A stretch of 60,633 bases of DNA, the filler included. It is 4 parts of 4 records of this genome, joined end to end, with 100 filler letters (N's around TTAATTAATTAA, not from the genome) between each part and the next. Parts side by side here need not be neighbours in the genome. Positions count along the whole stretch, not along the records: positions 1 to 22,710 come from DRR723986_6338; 3 more parts are not named here. The stretch is one strand, 5' to 3'. Shown one piece after another: positions 9,734 through 19,251 of the stretch. The translations under genes were made by a program, and so were the position numbers. Numbering within the stretch: the stretch's first letter is position 1; every line of letters begins with the position of its first letter. The notes under the pieces are model-generated. The model was not told the origin of the DNA and searched no databases. It saw nothing but the letters and a program-made list of their open reading frames with translations.

Positions 9734-10615
9734 CTAGTTGTTTAGAACAGCCTCAATCGCGCGGTAATCATCATAGGTCACGAGGTTTATCCCCACCGCT
9801 CGCTGAGTATTCAGGTATTCCGAGAGCATTGGCGAAGGCGTTGTCAGTAGATTAATGACCCGGCTCCGAACGTCCTCGCAAATTCCACTGCGGAATACAA
9901 AAGGGTCATAGTGTAACGGTACCGAACGCCAGAGAACCGTTAGGGTGTCCTCTGCAATCATGCCGCGCCTGAGCGCTTCATCTGCTCTTGAGCTGGAGAC
10001 AAAGGCAGCCTCCGCCTTGTTGTCCAGCAACGCCATCAATGCCTTGTCATGGCTACCCGCGTATATGTTGGCTCCAAAGAAATCGGAGAATGGCTCGCCG
10101 ATCGTGGTTGCAAACTCGTTTTTGGGAATGAGAGCCCCTGATGTACTGGAAGGATCTGTCAGCAGTATCCTGGTATTTCTCAGGTCCTCAATGCTGTTTA
10201 TCCCCGCTGCCGTTGGAACTACCAGTAGCGAATAATAGAAACTCCCCTCGGGTGTAAAGAGCCCGGCCTCGGTGGTTAGAGAAGCGAAGGCATCCAGACC
10301 CGGGTCTGTTCGATGGGCGATAACATAGGATGCCGGCCCCATAACGGCCAGGTCGACACCGCCCGAGAGTACACCGTCCATCACGCTCTCGTAAGAGGTG
10401 GCTCTAACCAGTTCTACCGGCATCCCAAGCCCCTGCTCTAGCAGCGTAATCAACGGCTGATATTCAGAGGCCTGCTGGTCGATATCTTTTTTTGGGATCA
10501 TCGTGAAGGTCAATCTGTTCATGTTGCAGTTTTTGACCTCTCGGACGGCTCCCGAACTATAAAACGATGCAAAGGCGAGCGATGCGAACGCGAGAATTAA
10601 CGTCAGCAACCTCAT
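9734..10615 (-). CDS. orphan phosphate/phosphite/phosphonate ABC substrate-binding protein (PhnD family)
   Basis: Signal peptide; DLAVMGPASYV, DPSSTSG and GSHDKA motifs; ATGA overlap with upstream GGDEF-EAL gene; no permease in this operon. Confidence 0.85.
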   Translation of the reverse strand: MRLLTLILAFASLAFASFYSSGAVREVKNCNMNRLTFTMIPKKDIDQQASEYQPLITLLEQGLGMPVELVRATSYESVMDGVLSGGVDLAVMGPASYVIAHRTDPGLDAFASLTTEAGLFTPEGSFYYSLLVVPTAAGINSIEDLRNTRILLTDPSSTSGALIPKNEFATTIGEPFSDFFGANIYAGSHDKALMALLDNKAEAAFVSSSRADEALRRGMIAEDTLTVLWRSVPLHYDPFVFRSGICEDVRSRVINLLTTPSPMLSEYLNTQRAVGINLVTYDDYRAIEAVLNN

Positions 10616-12936
10616 GCTCTGGCTTCCTCTTCTGCGAAGGTTCTCAGGAACTCAGGAATCTTCTCCGCTGGTATGGGGCGCCCCAGGTGATAGCCCTGTG
10701 CAATGTCACAGCCGGCGACTTTCAGGTGAACCAGCTGCTCACGGGTTTCCACGCCCTCGGCCACCACTTTGAGCGCCATGCGCTTGGCCAGAATAATGGT
10801 CGAGGACACGATCGGACTGTCATCATGGCTGTTTGAGATGCGGTTAATCAGGCTTCGGTCAATCTTGAGCTTGTCTACCGGTACCGCCTCCAGGTGGGCA
10901 AACCCCGCGTAACCGGTGCCGAAATCGTCAATACTGAGGCGGATACCTGCCGCCTTGAGGCAATGCAGGCTCTCAACTGCCCGGCCTTCCAGCATAGCAG
11001 TTTCCGTGATTTCCAGTTCCAGCAAGTCGGTGGTCAAACCGTAGTCCGCCAACGTCGCCAGAACGTCTTTGCAGAAACCCGGCTGAGCAAGCTGTATCGG
11101 AGAAACATTGACTGCGACTGGCTTCGAAATCCCATGTTTCTGTTGCCAGTCGGATATCTGGGCACAGGCCAGTCGAACCACTTCCATGCCCAGGGACACG
11201 ACAAAGCCGGTTTTCTCGGCCACCGGAATAAATCGGTCTGGATACAGCAGGCCGAAGCCCGGATGTTGCCATCGCACCAGAGCCTCGTAGCCAATAATTT
11301 CCATAGTCTCCAGGCAAACCTGGGGTTGGTAATGCAGAATAAACTCCCGGTTTTTGAGGGCCTCTACAAAGGCTTGTTCCAGGTGAAATTCTTCCACATC
11401 ACTCACATTCAGTGACTGGTCGAAAAACCGGTACTGGCCACGGCCAGCTTTCTTGGCCGAATACATAGCGGCATCAGCACATTTGGTCAGTTCATCAATA
11501 CTCTGGCCGTCCCGAGGGCTGATGGCGATACCAATGCTAGGACTGGTATTCAGCTCTGTTCCTTCCAACATGTAGGGGGCGGACAAATGCGCGGTTAAAG
11601 CTGCGGCCCACTGCTCGATGTCGGCCTCACTGCGATCACCCACCAACAGCACTACAAATTCATCACCGCCGAAACGAGCGGCAATATCACCTTTGTCCAG
11701 CATGCGTTGAATGCGACCGGCTACGGCCTGCAGTAGCAGGTCACCGATGTGGTGGCCAAGAGAATCATTAATGGATTTAAAGCGATCCAGATCGATAAAC
11801 AGCATGGTTGACAGCTTCCGCTGTCGACGCTGTTCCAGTACCAGCGAATCTGCCACATCCAGAAACTGGCGACGGTTGAACAGACCACTGAGATGATCAA
11901 TCGAAGCGGCACGGCTACTGCGGGCATGCTCGGTTTCAAGGCGCTCAATCAGTTGCTGGTTGTTCCGCTCGGACAACCGCAATGCCTCCAACACTCTTTG
12001 CTGCCCGGTCAAACTCCGGATCAGCCAGAACACAATACCGAAAACCAGTAAGGTCATTACGCTGTTGGCAATCAGTTGCTTATTCTGGCCAGGCGTAAGC
12101 GGTGCAAAGATCTCGTAGTAAGGCTGGGCCACACTGACTGTAAAACCATTCGCTGGACGGGTCACGAAAACATATTGGTATTGCTCGCCCGCCAACTCCA
12201 CCGTGGCTTCGCCGGTCACAACACGGCCTTCAGCCGCAATCTGCACTTTTGGCACCTGAGGCCCTCCAACCACAATGCCGCTTTCATTGGCCCGCATCCA
12301 CTCATCCCCCCTGGAATCCAGAATCTGAATAAAGCCCGAGCCCAGCTCAACATTCTGTAGAAGCCCAGCCAGGTAGGCGATGTCCAGCTCAATCAAGATC
12401 AATCTTGAGGAGCGGGACAAATCTGCCAGTCTGAGTGGAACCAGGAATGGCAATCGCCAGGCAGGCTCTTGTGGCACGTAAGCCGGATCCGCAACTCGTT
12501 CGGGAAGCACAGGCACAAATCCAGCTCCGGCAAAGTGGTCTTCAGTTCCAGACAACCAACTACCAAGGTTTGAGCGTGCCGAACCCAGATGGCTGGTGTA
12601 AATCAGTTCTCCCGACAGATTGTAAACACTGAGCCGGTTGAACACGGGATCTTCTGCCAGAAGCGTCAAGAGCCTGGTTTCTGCTTCTTGATGCGCGATG
12701 ACATCGTCATTCACCAGGCTTCCCATGGCCTTGGCTCGATCAGTCATCTGCTTGAGGCTCTCCGACACAATCAATGCCAGATTGCGGTTCTCGGAGAGTC
12801 TTGCATTGAGGGTTTCCGCCCTCGTTGCAGATGCCTGCCAAAGGAATAACACCCAGAGAAACAATACGATAACAACCCCGAGTGCCAGCATGGTTAGCTG
12901 AACGCTATTCAGGGGAGTATCAAATTTCGATGTCAT
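10612..12936 (-). CDS. membrane diguanylate cyclase/phosphodiesterase (TM-periplasmic Cache-like-TM-GGDEF-EAL)
   Basis: DLDRFKSINDSLGH, RFGGDEF, YEALVRW, DDFGTGY, AEGVE all intact; two TM segments flank a ~280-aa periplasmic region; ATG 12936 preferred over 13068. Confidence 0.92.
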   Translation of the reverse strand: MTSKFDTPLNSVQLTMLALGVVIVLFLWVLFLWQASATRAETLNARLSENRNLALIVSESLKQMTDRAKAMGSLVNDDVIAHQEAETRLLTLLAEDPVFNRLSVYNLSGELIYTSHLGSARSNLGSWLSGTEDHFAGAGFVPVLPERVADPAYVPQEPAWRLPFLVPLRLADLSRSSRLILIELDIAYLAGLLQNVELGSGFIQILDSRGDEWMRANESGIVVGGPQVPKVQIAAEGRVVTGEATVELAGEQYQYVFVTRPANGFTVSVAQPYYEIFAPLTPGQNKQLIANSVMTLLVFGIVFWLIRSLTGQQRVLEALRLSERNNQQLIERLETEHARSSRAASIDHLSGLFNRRQFLDVADSLVLEQRRQRKLSTMLFIDLDRFKSINDSLGHHIGDLLLQAVAGRIQRMLDKGDIAARFGGDEFVVLLVGDRSEADIEQWAAALTAHLSAPYMLEGTELNTSPSIGIAISPRDGQSIDELTKCADAAMYSAKKAGRGQYRFFDQSLNVSDVEEFHLEQAFVEALKNREFILHYQPQVCLETMEIIGYEALVRWQHPGFGLLYPDRFIPVAEKTGFVVSLGMEVVRLACAQISDWQQKHGISKPVAVNVSPIQLAQPGFCKDVLATLADYGLTTDLLELEITETAMLEGRAVESLHCLKAAGIRLSIDDFGTGYAGFAHLEAVPVDKLKIDRSLINRISNSHDDSPIVSSTIILAKRMALKVVAEGVETREQLVHLKVAGCDIAQGYHLGRPIPAEKIPEFLRTFAEEEARA

Positions 12937-13045
12937 CAAGCTAGAACCTGGAGAAAAGGGATAGGTAAACGTCAGCCTCTCCAGTGGCCGGATAAATCCT
13001 GTGAGTCGGGTGAGGCATTTCGCCAGCAAAACCCAGATCTCTCGA

Positions 13046-13079
13046 AGCCTAGACGTCAATTGTGGCAATTACATGACAG
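13046..13079 (-). promoter_or_regulatory. Pho box promoter of GGDEF-EAL/PhnD operon
   Basis: Minus strand CTGTCAT-gtaa-TTGCCAC (13079-13062), exactly 10 bp, -10 TAGGCT (13051-13046). Confidence 0.75.
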
Positions 13080-13095
13080 GCCGAAATTGTTAGCG

Positions 13096-13140
13096 GGTTC
13101 ACGCTTTTGACACAGGAACTTCATTTCTCAATGTTAAGTG
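13096..13140 (+). promoter_or_regulatory. Pho-box-like array for beta-helix gene
   Basis: GGTTCAC-gctt-TTGACAC-agga-ACTTCAT at 11-bp period; weak -10 (TAAGTG at 13135). Confidence 0.4.
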
Positions 13141-13170
13141 CACGGCCCCATCCATAACGGAGCAGCAGTA

Positions 13171-14454
13171 ATGTCCGGCCAATCATCCCTCCTGGTAGAA
13201 AAGCTCTGGCGCCTTAAACGCCGCATCGACAAAGGCCAATGCCCCGGTGTCGACTTTATTCATCTGAACGTCCTGCTTAGAGAGCCTGCTTATCGGGCGG
13301 ATGTTCTCAGGCGCGTGGAAACAAACGGCTCGCCCGAACTCCAGGCGCTTGCCCGGGAAATTATGGCAAACGATCCCGGTGAGCCGCTGATGGCGAAGTC
13401 TCCCACGGAAACACTGGCGAAAACTTCAGCTGACAAGGCGCAACGACGTAGCTGGCTTACTCGTAATGCTATAGTCGTCATTCCCATATCGGTGGCCTTT
13501 GTGGCAGCGATTGCCGGTTTTACCGCTCTTGAGAATCGAGCTGTCCGGGTCGCTGACGATATTGTCTCTGATACCGTTTGGCAAAGTGGCCGTCGCTATA
13601 TTCTGGATGACGTTATCTATGTGGATAGCGCCAGGCTCACCATAGAACCGGGCGTAACCATCGAAGGCGAACGCGGTTCTGCTCGGCAAAGCGCCGGTTA
13701 ATCAGCCCGACGCGGCAATAGAGGGTGTTCCCGAGACAGATCTCCGTGGCCAGTTTGGAGGTGCCGGCCAGCGCCACAGTTGCGGCGTACTGCAGTATAC
13801 CCGCATCGAATTTGCTGGCTTTGAGGTCTACAAAGACAACGAACTGAATGGTCTTACGCTGGGTGGTTGCGGCTCGGACACCATCGTCGAAAACGTGCAG
13901 GTACATCGCGCGCTGGACGATGGCATTGAGATGTTCGGTGGTACCGTAGATCTGAAAAACCTTCTGGTAACCGGCGCCGGCCGCTCGGCCAAACAGCACC
14001 GTGCCATGGTTCTGCGAGAAGGTTCCGGTGGCCATTTCCACAACATGATCATCGACAGCTTTGCCATCGAGGCCATCGATACGCGGGATGAGGTCAGGTC
14101 ACTCGTGGCGATGGAAAACTCACCTTTAGCCACAACCTTATCGCCAACAATGGCCGTCTCGGCAATCTGACAACAGAACCTGAGGCTGACGACGATGATT
14201 TTGGCTTCCAGGAAGAAGTGTGGATTCAGGACCCGGCCAACCGCAATCATCAGCTGGCGGAAAGTGGCTTGCAGCCAACCGTGACAAGCACGAATTCACC
14301 GAATTTCCGCTCCAGAGGCCTTATTCGAAATATGGAAACAATACGACCACTCAAGTCGGAGTTTTTCGACGAATCTGCTGACTACCTGGGCGCTATTAAT
14401 CCTCGCTCCAGTGACACCTGGCTGGATGGCTGGACTGCGTTTCCGGAGTCATAA
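13171..14454 (+). pseudogene. membrane-anchored right-handed beta-helix protein, broken into three frames
   Basis: LTIEPGVTIEGERGSA | VLLGKAPVN...CGVLQYTRIEFAG..NELNGLTLGGCGSDT..VQVHRALDDGIEMFGGTV..TGAG | DGKLTFSHN...DYLGAI..WLDGWT; frame changes near 13676 and 14110; probable in-frame deletion near 13975. Confidence 0.8.
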
Positions 14455-14577
14455 AGAATAGTCGTCCGTGCGTCTATGGTTAGCCAAGGATGGCGTCGTC
14501 AGAAATGTGGATGAGTTGGTAGCAGGGCGAGCTTGAGCTGAGGAGTACAAGGATTCCAGGTTATGCCTCTGCAATGG

Positions 14578-14611
14578 TTGTCACAAAAATATCATCAAAC
14601 AAGCTTACGGT
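14578..14611 (+). promoter_or_regulatory. Pho box promoter of phnDCEE-HAD operon
   Basis: TTGTCAC-aaaa-ATATCAT (14578-14595), 10 bp, -10 TACGGT (14606-14611); SD GAGGAG before ATG 14651. Confidence 0.75.
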
Positions 14612-14650
14612 TGACTCAGAGACATTACTAAGGATCTGAGGAGACAAACA

Positions 14651-15598
14651 ATGAAAAAGCTTCTGACCCTGGCGTGTGCCACCATGCTCACACCGGTATT
14701 GGCCCATGGTGCATTCCAGCTCGACAGCCGTTACCAGGACAACGACGGCGACCTGATTGCTGACATCCCCTCTGACGAGTCAAAACTGGTGGATCCCTCA
14801 ACCCTGGTCTTTGCCTATACCCCGGTGGAAGATCCGGCTGTTTATAAGGAAGTCTGGTCCGAGTTTCTCGACCACCTGGCAGAAACCACTGGCAAGAATG
14901 TCCAGTTTTTCCCGGTACAATCCAACGCAGCGCAGATCGAAGCCATGCGTGCGGGTCGTCTGCATATCGCCGGCTTTAATACCGGTTCCAACCCGCTGGC
15001 CGTCGCCTGTGCTGGCTTCCGCCCATTTACCATGATGGCAGCGGCCGATGGCTCCTTTGGCTATGAAATGGAAATCATCAGCTACCCCGGCTCTGGTGTG
15101 AATGATGTGGAAGACATCCGTGGTGGCGAGCTTGCGTTCACGTCGCAGACATCCAATTCCGGCTTCAAGGCTCCCTCTGCCATTCTCAAGGCGGATTACA
15201 ACATGATCGCCGGTGAGGATTTCGAGCCGGTGTTCTCCGGCAAGCACGACAACTCCATTCTCGGTGTTGCCAACAAGGACTACAAAGCCGCAGCCGTTGC
15301 AAACTCGGTGCTCAACCGCATGCTCAGCCGGGATGTGGTTAGCGAAGACCAGATTGTCAGTCTCTACAAGTCCCAGACTTTCCCCACCACGGGTTACGGC
15401 ATCGCCCACAACCTGACGCCTGAACTGCAGGAAAAAATCCAGAACGCATTCTTCTCCTTCGACTGGGAAGGCACTGCGCTGGAAGAAGAGTTCTCGAAAT
15501 CCGGTGAAGCCCAGTTCGTGCCCATCACCTTCAAGAACCACTGGGAAGTGATTCGTAAAATCGATGCAGCTAACGGTGTTGCGTACAACTGTCGTTAA
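14651..15598 (+). CDS. phnD: phosphate/phosphite/phosphonate ABC transporter substrate-binding protein
   Basis: Signal peptide, AQIEAMRAGRLHIAGF, TSNSG, GKHDNS; first gene of a phnCE-type operon. Confidence 0.88.
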   Translation: MKKLLTLACATMLTPVLAHGAFQLDSRYQDNDGDLIADIPSDESKLVDPSTLVFAYTPVEDPAVYKEVWSEFLDHLAETTGKNVQFFPVQSNAAQIEAMRAGRLHIAGFNTGSNPLAVACAGFRPFTMMAAADGSFGYEMEIISYPGSGVNDVEDIRGGELAFTSQTSNSGFKAPSAILKADYNMIAGEDFEPVFSGKHDNSILGVANKDYKAAAVANSVLNRMLSRDVVSEDQIVSLYKSQTFPTTGYGIAHNLTPELQEKIQNAFFSFDWEGTALEEEFSKSGEAQFVPITFKNHWEVIRKIDAANGVAYNCR

Positions 15599-15616
15599 CA
15601 GGCCGGGCGGTACCAA

Positions 15617-16435
15617 GTGCTGAAACTGGACAAGGTTTCGAAAACCTACAAGACCGGCGACAAGGCCCTCCACAACGCCTGCTTTGAAGTTCCGGCAGGC
15701 CAGGTGGTGGGCTTGATCGGGCCTTCAGGGGCGGGAAAATCCACCCTTATTCGCTGCATCAATCGACTGGTGGAGCCCACTCAGGGCTCAATCACTCTGG
15801 GCGACACCGAGCTTACCGGGTTGAATCGTCGGGAGCTGCGTCGCGCCCGGCGCCGGATCGGCATGATCTTCCAGGAATACGCTCTGGTGGAGCGCCTGAC
15901 CGTGATGGAAAACGTGTTGTCTGGTCGGCTGGGCTATGTGCCAGCGTGGCGCTCTTACCTGCGAAAATTCAGCCCGGATGATATCGCACAGGCCTTCTCC
16001 CTGCTGGACCGGGTCGGCCTTGCCGATCATTACAACAAACGGGCGGATGCGCTCTCCGGTGGCCAGCGCCAGCGGGTGGGCATTGCCAGGGCGCTGGAGC
16101 AGAACCCGGAACTGCTGCTGGTGGATGAACCCACAGCTTCCCTCGATCCGAAGACTTCCCGGCAGATCATGCGGCTGATTCGCACCGCCTGTCAGGAGCG
16201 CAACCTGCCCGCAATCATCAACATTCACGATGTGATGCTCGCCCAACAGTTCTCGGACCGGATTATCGGCCTGAAGGCTGGCGAAATCGTGTTCGACGGC
16301 GCGCCGGATGCTCTCACCGACGAGGTGTTGACCACCATCTACGGGGATGAAGACTGGACCCAGCTGCGTGGTGACAACGGCGAACAGTCCACGGATCCGG
16401 AAGCCCCGGCGGTCGATCTTGCGGAGGGGATGTAA
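15617..16435 (+). CDS. phnC: phosphonate-type ABC transporter ATPase
   Basis: [52 protein letters not shown]. Confidence 0.93.
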   Translation: MLKLDKVSKTYKTGDKALHNACFEVPAGQVVGLIGPSGAGKSTLIRCINRLVEPTQGSITLGDTELTGLNRRELRRARRRIGMIFQEYALVERLTVMENVLSGRLGYVPAWRSYLRKFSPDDIAQAFSLLDRVGLADHYNKRADALSGGQRQRVGIARALEQNPELLLVDEPTASLDPKTSRQIMRLIRTACQERNLPAIINIHDVMLAQQFSDRIIGLKAGEIVFDGAPDALTDEVLTTIYGDEDWTQLRGDNGEQSTDPEAPAVDLAEGM

Positions 16436-17254
16436 ATGGCTCTAGAGCCAGTGGCCCAATCCTATCCGACCCGCTGGAAACGACCTCCGGTATTGCTGAC
16501 TCATCCCCTGTGGCGGAAGATCATCCTGCTTGGCGGCCTCGTGTACCTGGTGCTGGCCATACAGACCGTTGAAGTCGACTGGCAGCGGGTTTATCTGGGG
16601 CTGGAGCGCGGCTGGCGATTCGTTCAGGGCTTTCTGGTTCCGGACTTCACGTCGCGCTGGAACGACATCTACGCCGGCCTTATGGAAAGCCTGACCATGA
16701 CCGTGACGTCCACGGTGGCTGGCATCCTGATTTCCGTTCCTATTGGCATTGGCGCGGCCCGCAACCTGGCGCCGGCTCCGGTATACCTGGCCTGCCGCGG
16801 CATTATTACCGTTTCCCGATCCTTTCAGGAAGTGATCATTGCCATCCTGCTGGTCGCCATGTTCGGATTTGGTCCCTTTGCAGGGTTTCTGACCCTGGCC
16901 TTCGCCACCATCGGCTTCCTTTCCAAACTGCTGGCTGAGGAAATTGAAGACTGCGACCGTAGCCAGATTGAGGCTATCCGGGCCACTGGGGCCAGCTGGT
17001 GGCAGGTGGTCAATTACGCGGTTCAACCCCAGGTCATGCCCCGTCTGGTTGGGCTGTCCCTCTATCGGCTGGACATCAACTTCCGGGAATCCGCGGTGAT
17101 TGGCATTGTCGGCGCCGGCGGTATCGGGGCGACCCTAAACACTGCTATCGACCGTTACGAGTATGACTCGGCAGGGGCCGTCCTGATCATCATCATCGCC
17201 ATTGTTCTGGTGGTGGAATACTCGTCCTCATACATCCGCAGGTGGGTACAGTGA
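16436..17254 (+). CDS. phnE: phosphonate-type ABC transporter permease
   Basis: EAIRATGAS, LYRLDINFRESAVIGIVGAGGIG signature. Confidence 0.93.
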   Translation: MALEPVAQSYPTRWKRPPVLLTHPLWRKIILLGGLVYLVLAIQTVEVDWQRVYLGLERGWRFVQGFLVPDFTSRWNDIYAGLMESLTMTVTSTVAGILISVPIGIGAARNLAPAPVYLACRGIITVSRSFQEVIIAILLVAMFGFGPFAGFLTLAFATIGFLSKLLAEEIEDCDRSQIEAIRATGASWWQVVNYAVQPQVMPRLVGLSLYRLDINFRESAVIGIVGAGGIGATLNTAIDRYEYDSAGAVLIIIIAIVLVVEYSSSYIRRWVQ

Positions 17255-18066
17255 ACACTCAGGTTCCCGGGGCACAATCATCCTGGCAGTTCCGGACTCC
17301 GAAGCAGACCCTGCTGCGCTGGGTCGGTTGGTTCTGGCTTGTTGTCCTTACCGTTTTCTGCTGGCAGGTCATGAATGAGAATACCATCTGGGCCTTTGTC
17401 AGTGATGCGCCGGACCAGGCCGCCGACATCGGCGACCGAATGTTCCCACCGGCCTGGAGTTACATTAACAATCTCTGGGAGCCACTTTGGGACACCATCA
17501 ACATTGCCACCCTTGGCACCTTGCTGGGCATTCTGATCGCAGTGCCTGTCGCGTTTCTGGCAGCCACCAACACCACCCCCAGTACCCGATTCGTGAGACC
17601 GCTGGCGCTTTTGATTATTGTCGCCTCCCGTTCCATCAATTCTCTGATCTGGGCTCTCCTGCTGGTAGCGATTATTGGTCCCGGTCTGCTCGCGGGCATC
17701 GTCGCGATCGGCCTGCGGTCCATCGGGTTTATTGCCAAACTTCTGTATGAGGCGATTGAAGAGATCGACGATAAACAGGTGGAAGCGGTGCGCGCCACCG
17801 GAGCCTCGGGGGCCCAGGTGATCGATTACGCGGTGGTGCCACAGATTCTGCCGGCGTTCTGGGGCATCAGTGTGTTCCGATGGGACATCAACATCCGGGA
17901 ATCGACCATTCTCGGGCTCGTGGGCGCTGGCGGGCTCGGGATTCAGCTCAACGCCTCGCTGAGCACCCTGGCCTGGAATCAGGTGGCTATGATCTTCATT
18001 GTGATTCTCGGGACCGTCGTGATCTCGGAATGGGTTTCCGCAAAGGTTCGTGAGGCGGTACTCTGA
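17251..18066 (+). CDS. phnE: second phosphonate-type ABC transporter permease
   Basis: EAVRATGAS, FRWDINIRESTILGLVGAGGLG; GTGA overlap with previous gene. Confidence 0.93.
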   Translation: MNTQVPGAQSSWQFRTPKQTLLRWVGWFWLVVLTVFCWQVMNENTIWAFVSDAPDQAADIGDRMFPPAWSYINNLWEPLWDTINIATLGTLLGILIAVPVAFLAATNTTPSTRFVRPLALLIIVASRSINSLIWALLLVAIIGPGLLAGIVAIGLRSIGFIAKLLYEAIEEIDDKQVEAVRATGASGAQVIDYAVVPQILPAFWGISVFRWDINIRESTILGLVGAGGLGIQLNASLSTLAWNQVAMIFIVILGTVVISEWVSAKVREAVL

Positions 18067-18070
18067 GCCG

Positions 18071-19018
18071 ATGATCGATACCCACCCGATTTCCTTTGCT
18101 GGCCTGACGCCTTCCCCTGCCTGGGCGTTCGCCGAATATCAGCGTATCCGCAAGACTCTGCCTGCCGGCCTGCCGCCGGAACAGGCTCCCTGCGCCCGGG
18201 AACTGGAAACACTCGAACCTCTTCTCGACCATTTCCAGGTGTTTGTATTCGACGCCTTTGGCGTGCTGAACGCAGGCCCCCGGGCCTTTCCTTCAGCCAT
18301 AAGCCGGATCAGACAGCTCCAGCAACGGGGCAAGACCGTCAGGATCCTCTCCAACGCAGCCACTGCCAGCCACAGCGCGCTTGTCGCGAAGTACCGGGGT
18401 ATGGGTTTCGATATCGGGCATGATCAACTGATTTCCAGCCGTTCGGTGCTTGAGCAGTCGTTATCTCGCCAACTCCGCAAAGGCCGGTTCGGTGTCCTTT
18501 CACCCGCATCATCCGCTCCGGATACTCTGGGGGTAGACTGGCTGCCGGTCCGGCCGGGTATTCAGACAGGGGATCTGAACCGGCTGGATGGTTTTATCTT
18601 CCTGAGTAGTGAAGGCTGGAATGAAGAGGTTCAGGAAGCGCTGGCCAAGAGCCTGGCGCGCCACCCGCGCCCGCTGCTCGTGGCCAATCCCGACCTGGTC
18701 GCCCCCAGAGGCGATTGCCTGACTCTGGAACCCGGTTACTTCGCGCACCTGTTGATGGGCCAGTCCGCCATAGAGCCGGAGTTTTTCGGCAAGCCGTATC
18801 GACCCGCATTTGATTCAGTACTGGAAACGCTGAAAGGCGTTGACCCGGTCGATGTGCTGATGGTGGGTGACACACTGCATACAGACATTCTGGGCGGCCA
18901 GGCCGCAGGCATGAAAACCATGCTGATAACAGCAGAAGGCGCCTTGCAGGGCATGAACATTCCAGACTGCATTTCGCAGTCTGGAATTGTGCCGGACTTT
19001 ATCGCTCCGATGATTTGA
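18071..19018 (+). CDS. HAD-superfamily subfamily IIA hydrolase with non-canonical motif I (DAFGV)
   Basis: FVFDAFGVL, ILSNA, ANPDL, FGKP, MVGDTLHTDILGG; ATG 4 bp after phnE stop. Confidence 0.88.
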   Translation: MIDTHPISFAGLTPSPAWAFAEYQRIRKTLPAGLPPEQAPCARELETLEPLLDHFQVFVFDAFGVLNAGPRAFPSAISRIRQLQQRGKTVRILSNAATASHSALVAKYRGMGFDIGHDQLISSRSVLEQSLSRQLRKGRFGVLSPASSAPDTLGVDWLPVRPGIQTGDLNRLDGFIFLSSEGWNEEVQEALAKSLARHPRPLLVANPDLVAPRGDCLTLEPGYFAHLLMGQSAIEPEFFGKPYRPAFDSVLETLKGVDPVDVLMVGDTLHTDILGGQAAGMKTMLITAEGALQGMNIPDCISQSGIVPDFIAPMI

Positions 19019-19159
19019 GGTCGTTCAATCAGGAGGGAAACCGGTTCCGGGTGCGGCGCATCAGCATGAGCGGAACTGTCACCAGCACGCCAACCGCCGA
19101 AGCCTGATCGACCTGGACACGGTCAGGCGCTGTCGTCCTGGCAACCAGCGATGAACCAT

Positions 19160-19191
19160 AAAAAAGCCCTACACGGAGGTAGGGCTTCTTT
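19160..19191. terminator. bidirectional intrinsic terminator
   Basis: AAAAAAGCCCTAC-acggag-GTAGGGCTTCTTT between convergent HAD and Lys-rich genes. Confidence 0.8.
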
Positions 19192-19251
19192 ACGTATAGC
19201 TAGCAACAAAGTATCCGGACTCTTACCGGATACGGCGCGCTATATGGCAGT

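Noticed and set aside
12937-13068. 44-aa N-terminal extension of the GGDEF-EAL ORF
   Set aside because: It overlaps the Pho box and -10; ATG 12936 fits the promoter and TM position
14651-19018. C-P lyase or ptx/htx phosphite-oxidation operon
   Set aside because: No phnG-M, ptxD or htxA gene; the operon ends at the HAD gene and a terminator
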